Of a stretch of DNA of 64,000 nt, positions 61,219 to 64,000 are shown piece after piece; position 1 is the first letter of the stretch; every line of letters begins with the position of its first letter. The stretch comes from Takakia lepidozioides (taxonomy: Eukaryota; Plantae; Bryophyta). Made by a program: the position numbers and the translations under genes. The stretch covers positions 24,242,001 through 24,306,000 of the forward strand of contig CM060734.1 of the NCBI GenBank assembly GCA_030704615.1, read 5' to 3'. A model generated the notes under the pieces. That model was not told the DNA's origin. It searched no databases and was given only the letters and a program-made list of their open reading frames with translations.

Positions 61219-63100
61219 ATCCATGGGTGCTCAATCTGTCACTCACAGATAATTCATTTTGTGCAGAGGAAAAGAAAAAGGAAATCCGAGGGGGAAGATT
61301 TGGCCGCGTCAGAAGGTGAAGGTGAGGAAGACTCATTGGAGGGAAACTATGAAGACAAGGCCGAGGAGATAATGGGTGGGCAAAAAGTGAACTCGTCGAA
61401 GGTGATTCTGTCGATGGAGGTTCCCGGCGGAAACCTGGTCATTCCGCTGTGCAGGATGATCTCCATGCCCGCTGTTCGACCGGCATTGAGGAATGATATA
61501 ACGAAGTTGAAGAACGACTTTGTTCACGGCTATGTCAAGGGATCAGCAGTGTTCTACGTATCCACTATGAACACGAAAGGAGAGGAGTGTCTTGTAACAG
61601 AGGACATTGAGCAAGGTTGGGATGCATGCTGGCGGGATGTAAACAGGGAGTTCGAGTTTAAGCTGTCCAAAAAGGCCTCCACAAAAGCATTCATGGGAAA
61701 GATGTTTTTTGTCTGGGATGGGAACCACAGACTGCTTGCCTGGATGGATTACATTTCAAGCTTGCACTCGGACGACATCGAATGGCACTGGAGTGTGTTT
61801 CCATGGTTCTCGATCACAAAGGACGTGTCACGCAGCTCTTGACAGCCATGCACGACATAAACAAGTAAGTTTCCAACTTTGTGTCTGTTCCTTGTTTCGA
61901 CAATTTGAAATCATCTTATGAGTTGAAGGTTTTTCCAGGTCCAATGAAACATCTCATGTGACGACCAATCTGTGCCACACTCTATTCCGCATCTAGAAGG
62001 TAGGGCTGATGCCACTGGAGTCATTCACGAACGTGCTCAGTCCTCAGCAGATGAAGAGGTGTGCTGAGAAGAAGACAAGCACATGGTACAGCTTGACAAG
62101 GGAGGCTTTTCTTGACTACATGTACACTGTAAGCTTTTTGACACCTGTTTGCCTGTTGTTACTGCAAATTTTGTGAAGAAATTCCAGTGTTTGATTCTTT
62201 TTACCTGTAATGTATGCAGCAAGAAATAGCAGAAACTGGATTGAAGGCGAAAGCAGAGTACTATGATTCCCACACAGAAGAGCAGCGGTCTGCAACTGGG
62301 CTTGAGGACATGATGAAGTTCGAGATGAATAATCAAAGGAAGAACCTCATGAGTGCATTCGACAAACAGATCCGGATAGCAAACCCAGGTCTTGGCACGG
62401 AATTTCTGGAGCAGGTGAAAGCACACTATGACAAGTATGGCTCCAAGCCAGAAATGACTCAAGAGAAACTACATCGCCTTTCCATTTCAATGGTGGACAA
62501 TGCAACCAAAATCAGGTGGTTGGAGATATGGAATTCGGATCCTCTTGTGAGAGACACGAACATGTTCCCAACTCCAGAGAGGGACCCGAAGACACAAGCA
62601 ATAAGAGTTGTTAGCGACCACACATTCGACCAGTGGCTACTCAAAGCCACATTCTGGAGCCAGGTAAGGTTTCCACCAAACCATTTTCAGACATTTGTGT
62701 TGCTCCGTAACCTCTCCCAAATTCTTACGAGCTTTCTTGTTGCAGTTAGAAAAACGTGTAGTGGTTGCACTTGCTGAGTCGATGGCAGACTACAAAATCC
62801 AGATGGCTTGCCCCCGGATTACACTGGAGGCCTATATTAGGAGATGGAAGCTCGCTGTCTAGAACAACTGCTTCTTCAGGGAGTTTGAGAAAGAGAAAGG
62901 AATCTCCAGGTCTTACGAATTCAAAAACCAGTACAACAGCGAGCCAGCAATGAAGCGAGTGTTGTACAGGTGTGACCTCCTTGAATCAAAATTGGTGCTT
63001 GAAGGGCATGTTTCTGCAATCTTGTGTCGTTCTTTCCATAAAGAATTGCGAATTTGCAGTGCTTTGCGAGATCTCTGAGGGCTCTGCATGTGCAGTCGAG

Positions 63101-63719
63101 CAACATTGCGTTAACGCAAGGTTGTTTCCCATTGTCCTGGTTTCACTTACCTATACCTGGGTATCCCATAATGCCGTTTTTCTGAATGTGAAAGGGGATA
63201 AACTGACAGGAAAATCAGCCTTGCGTCAACGCAAGGTTGATGAAGTGGCAGGCTATGTAGCTTTTCCTGTGGTTTTGGGCAGTTCAAATCCAGTTCCAAT
63301 GCTGCCAAGATGAACATAAGACTGTTTGGAGTCGGTTTGAAATGCTATTTACAGCTTTCACTGTACCAACAAACAGACTTGCGTTGACGCAAGGTTGTTT
63401 GGCGGTATGGATTTCTGGAAATTTCCCGCAGCCATCCCCCGATTTCCATACAATTGTAGGAAACTTATCATTATCAGATAGCATTGACATGTGTTTCAAC
63501 AGAGGATTTCAACATTGCGCCAACGCAATGTTGAATATCCGCACCAGTACATAGTCAGATGGTAGTTTTCAGGCAGTGTTTTCCATTTCCTCTCTGAAAC
63601 AACCTTGCGTTGAAGCAATGTTGAATTGCGCTTCTCAGTCGTTGTCTCTATCAATACAACATTATCATTTGGTGTTCCCCATTTCTGCTCGAATGAACAT
63701 TGTGTCAACGCAAAGGTTG
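63101..63719. repeat. Six intronic palindromes CAACCTTGCGTYRACGCAAGGTTG
   Basis: 63101, 63216, 63374, 63510, 63600, 63695; all inside intron 62970-63843. Confidence 0.9.
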
Positions 63720-64000
63720 ATTCGGGATTTCAAAAGTAGATTTCTCAGTGTTGCCTTCCTGCATTTCAATATCTTTTTCCGGATGTGTGTTCTTTTTCGT
63801 TTTCTGATCGAATGACTGTCTGGGTTTTTTGTGTGTGATTCAGGTATATGTATCATATCCTCATACCGGGAAAGTACCTTAGCGATGACCCAGACTTCAT
63901 CTATTCATGGGCTGACCCCTCCAATGACAAGACAATGTACACGGCTGGTATTGCCAAAGACTAGAGCAGGGCGCACTTCCGAGACTGTTGGTGGTACCTC

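Larger units (their letters stand above)
55346..64000. mobile_element. MULE-like DNA transposon B (transposase minus, cargo gene plus), runs off the right edge
   Basis: Begins where transposase A breaks off; GCGTGAGC subterminal region; divergent gene pair homologous to element A. Confidence 0.75.
60185..64000 (+). pseudogene. Multi-exon cargo gene copy B (ParB/Srx-like domain; any methyltransferase part lies beyond the window)
   Basis: IPLCRM..VRP, VWDGNHRLLAW (61717-61731), AMHDIN; downstream exons homologous to A and C; TAG stops at ~61995 and ~63962; start approximate. Confidence 0.82.

Noticed and set aside
60696-63719. Palindromic repeats with unique spacers resembling a CRISPR array
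   Set aside because: Spacing is irregular, repeats are degenerate and lie in spliceosomal introns, and no cas genes are present.

Overview
Eukaryotic, transposon-dense window from a plant, probably a non-seed plant (spliceosomal introns, plant-type PTB; lineage is inferred). The only clear host gene is the 5' end of a PTB gene, alongside ATP-synthase-epsilon and F-box/kelch relics. The rest is nested mobile DNA with a 500-N gap at 22810-23309. Two systems stand out. (1) A family of large Mutator-like DNA transposons (four relics). Where both genes survive, a GCM-like/DDE transposase sits head-to-head with a spliced cargo gene encoding a ParB/Srx-like domain; the one copy complete in this window also ends in a beta-class N4C/N6A-type DNA methyltransferase domain. 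Each of the three cargo copies carries its own 22-24 bp palindrome, repeated in the same orthologous intron (and, in two elements, in other non-coding parts). This suggests a parS-like self-recognition and self-marking system. (2) A recent 13.2 kb Ty3/gypsy element encoding a DNMT3-like C5 methyltransferase in pol and a PHD finger after integrase. It has split, permuted terminal repeats (B...A-B-A), a 4-bp TSD and a self-complementary primer site instead of a tRNA PBS. Domain calls come from reading motifs by eye; no searches were run.
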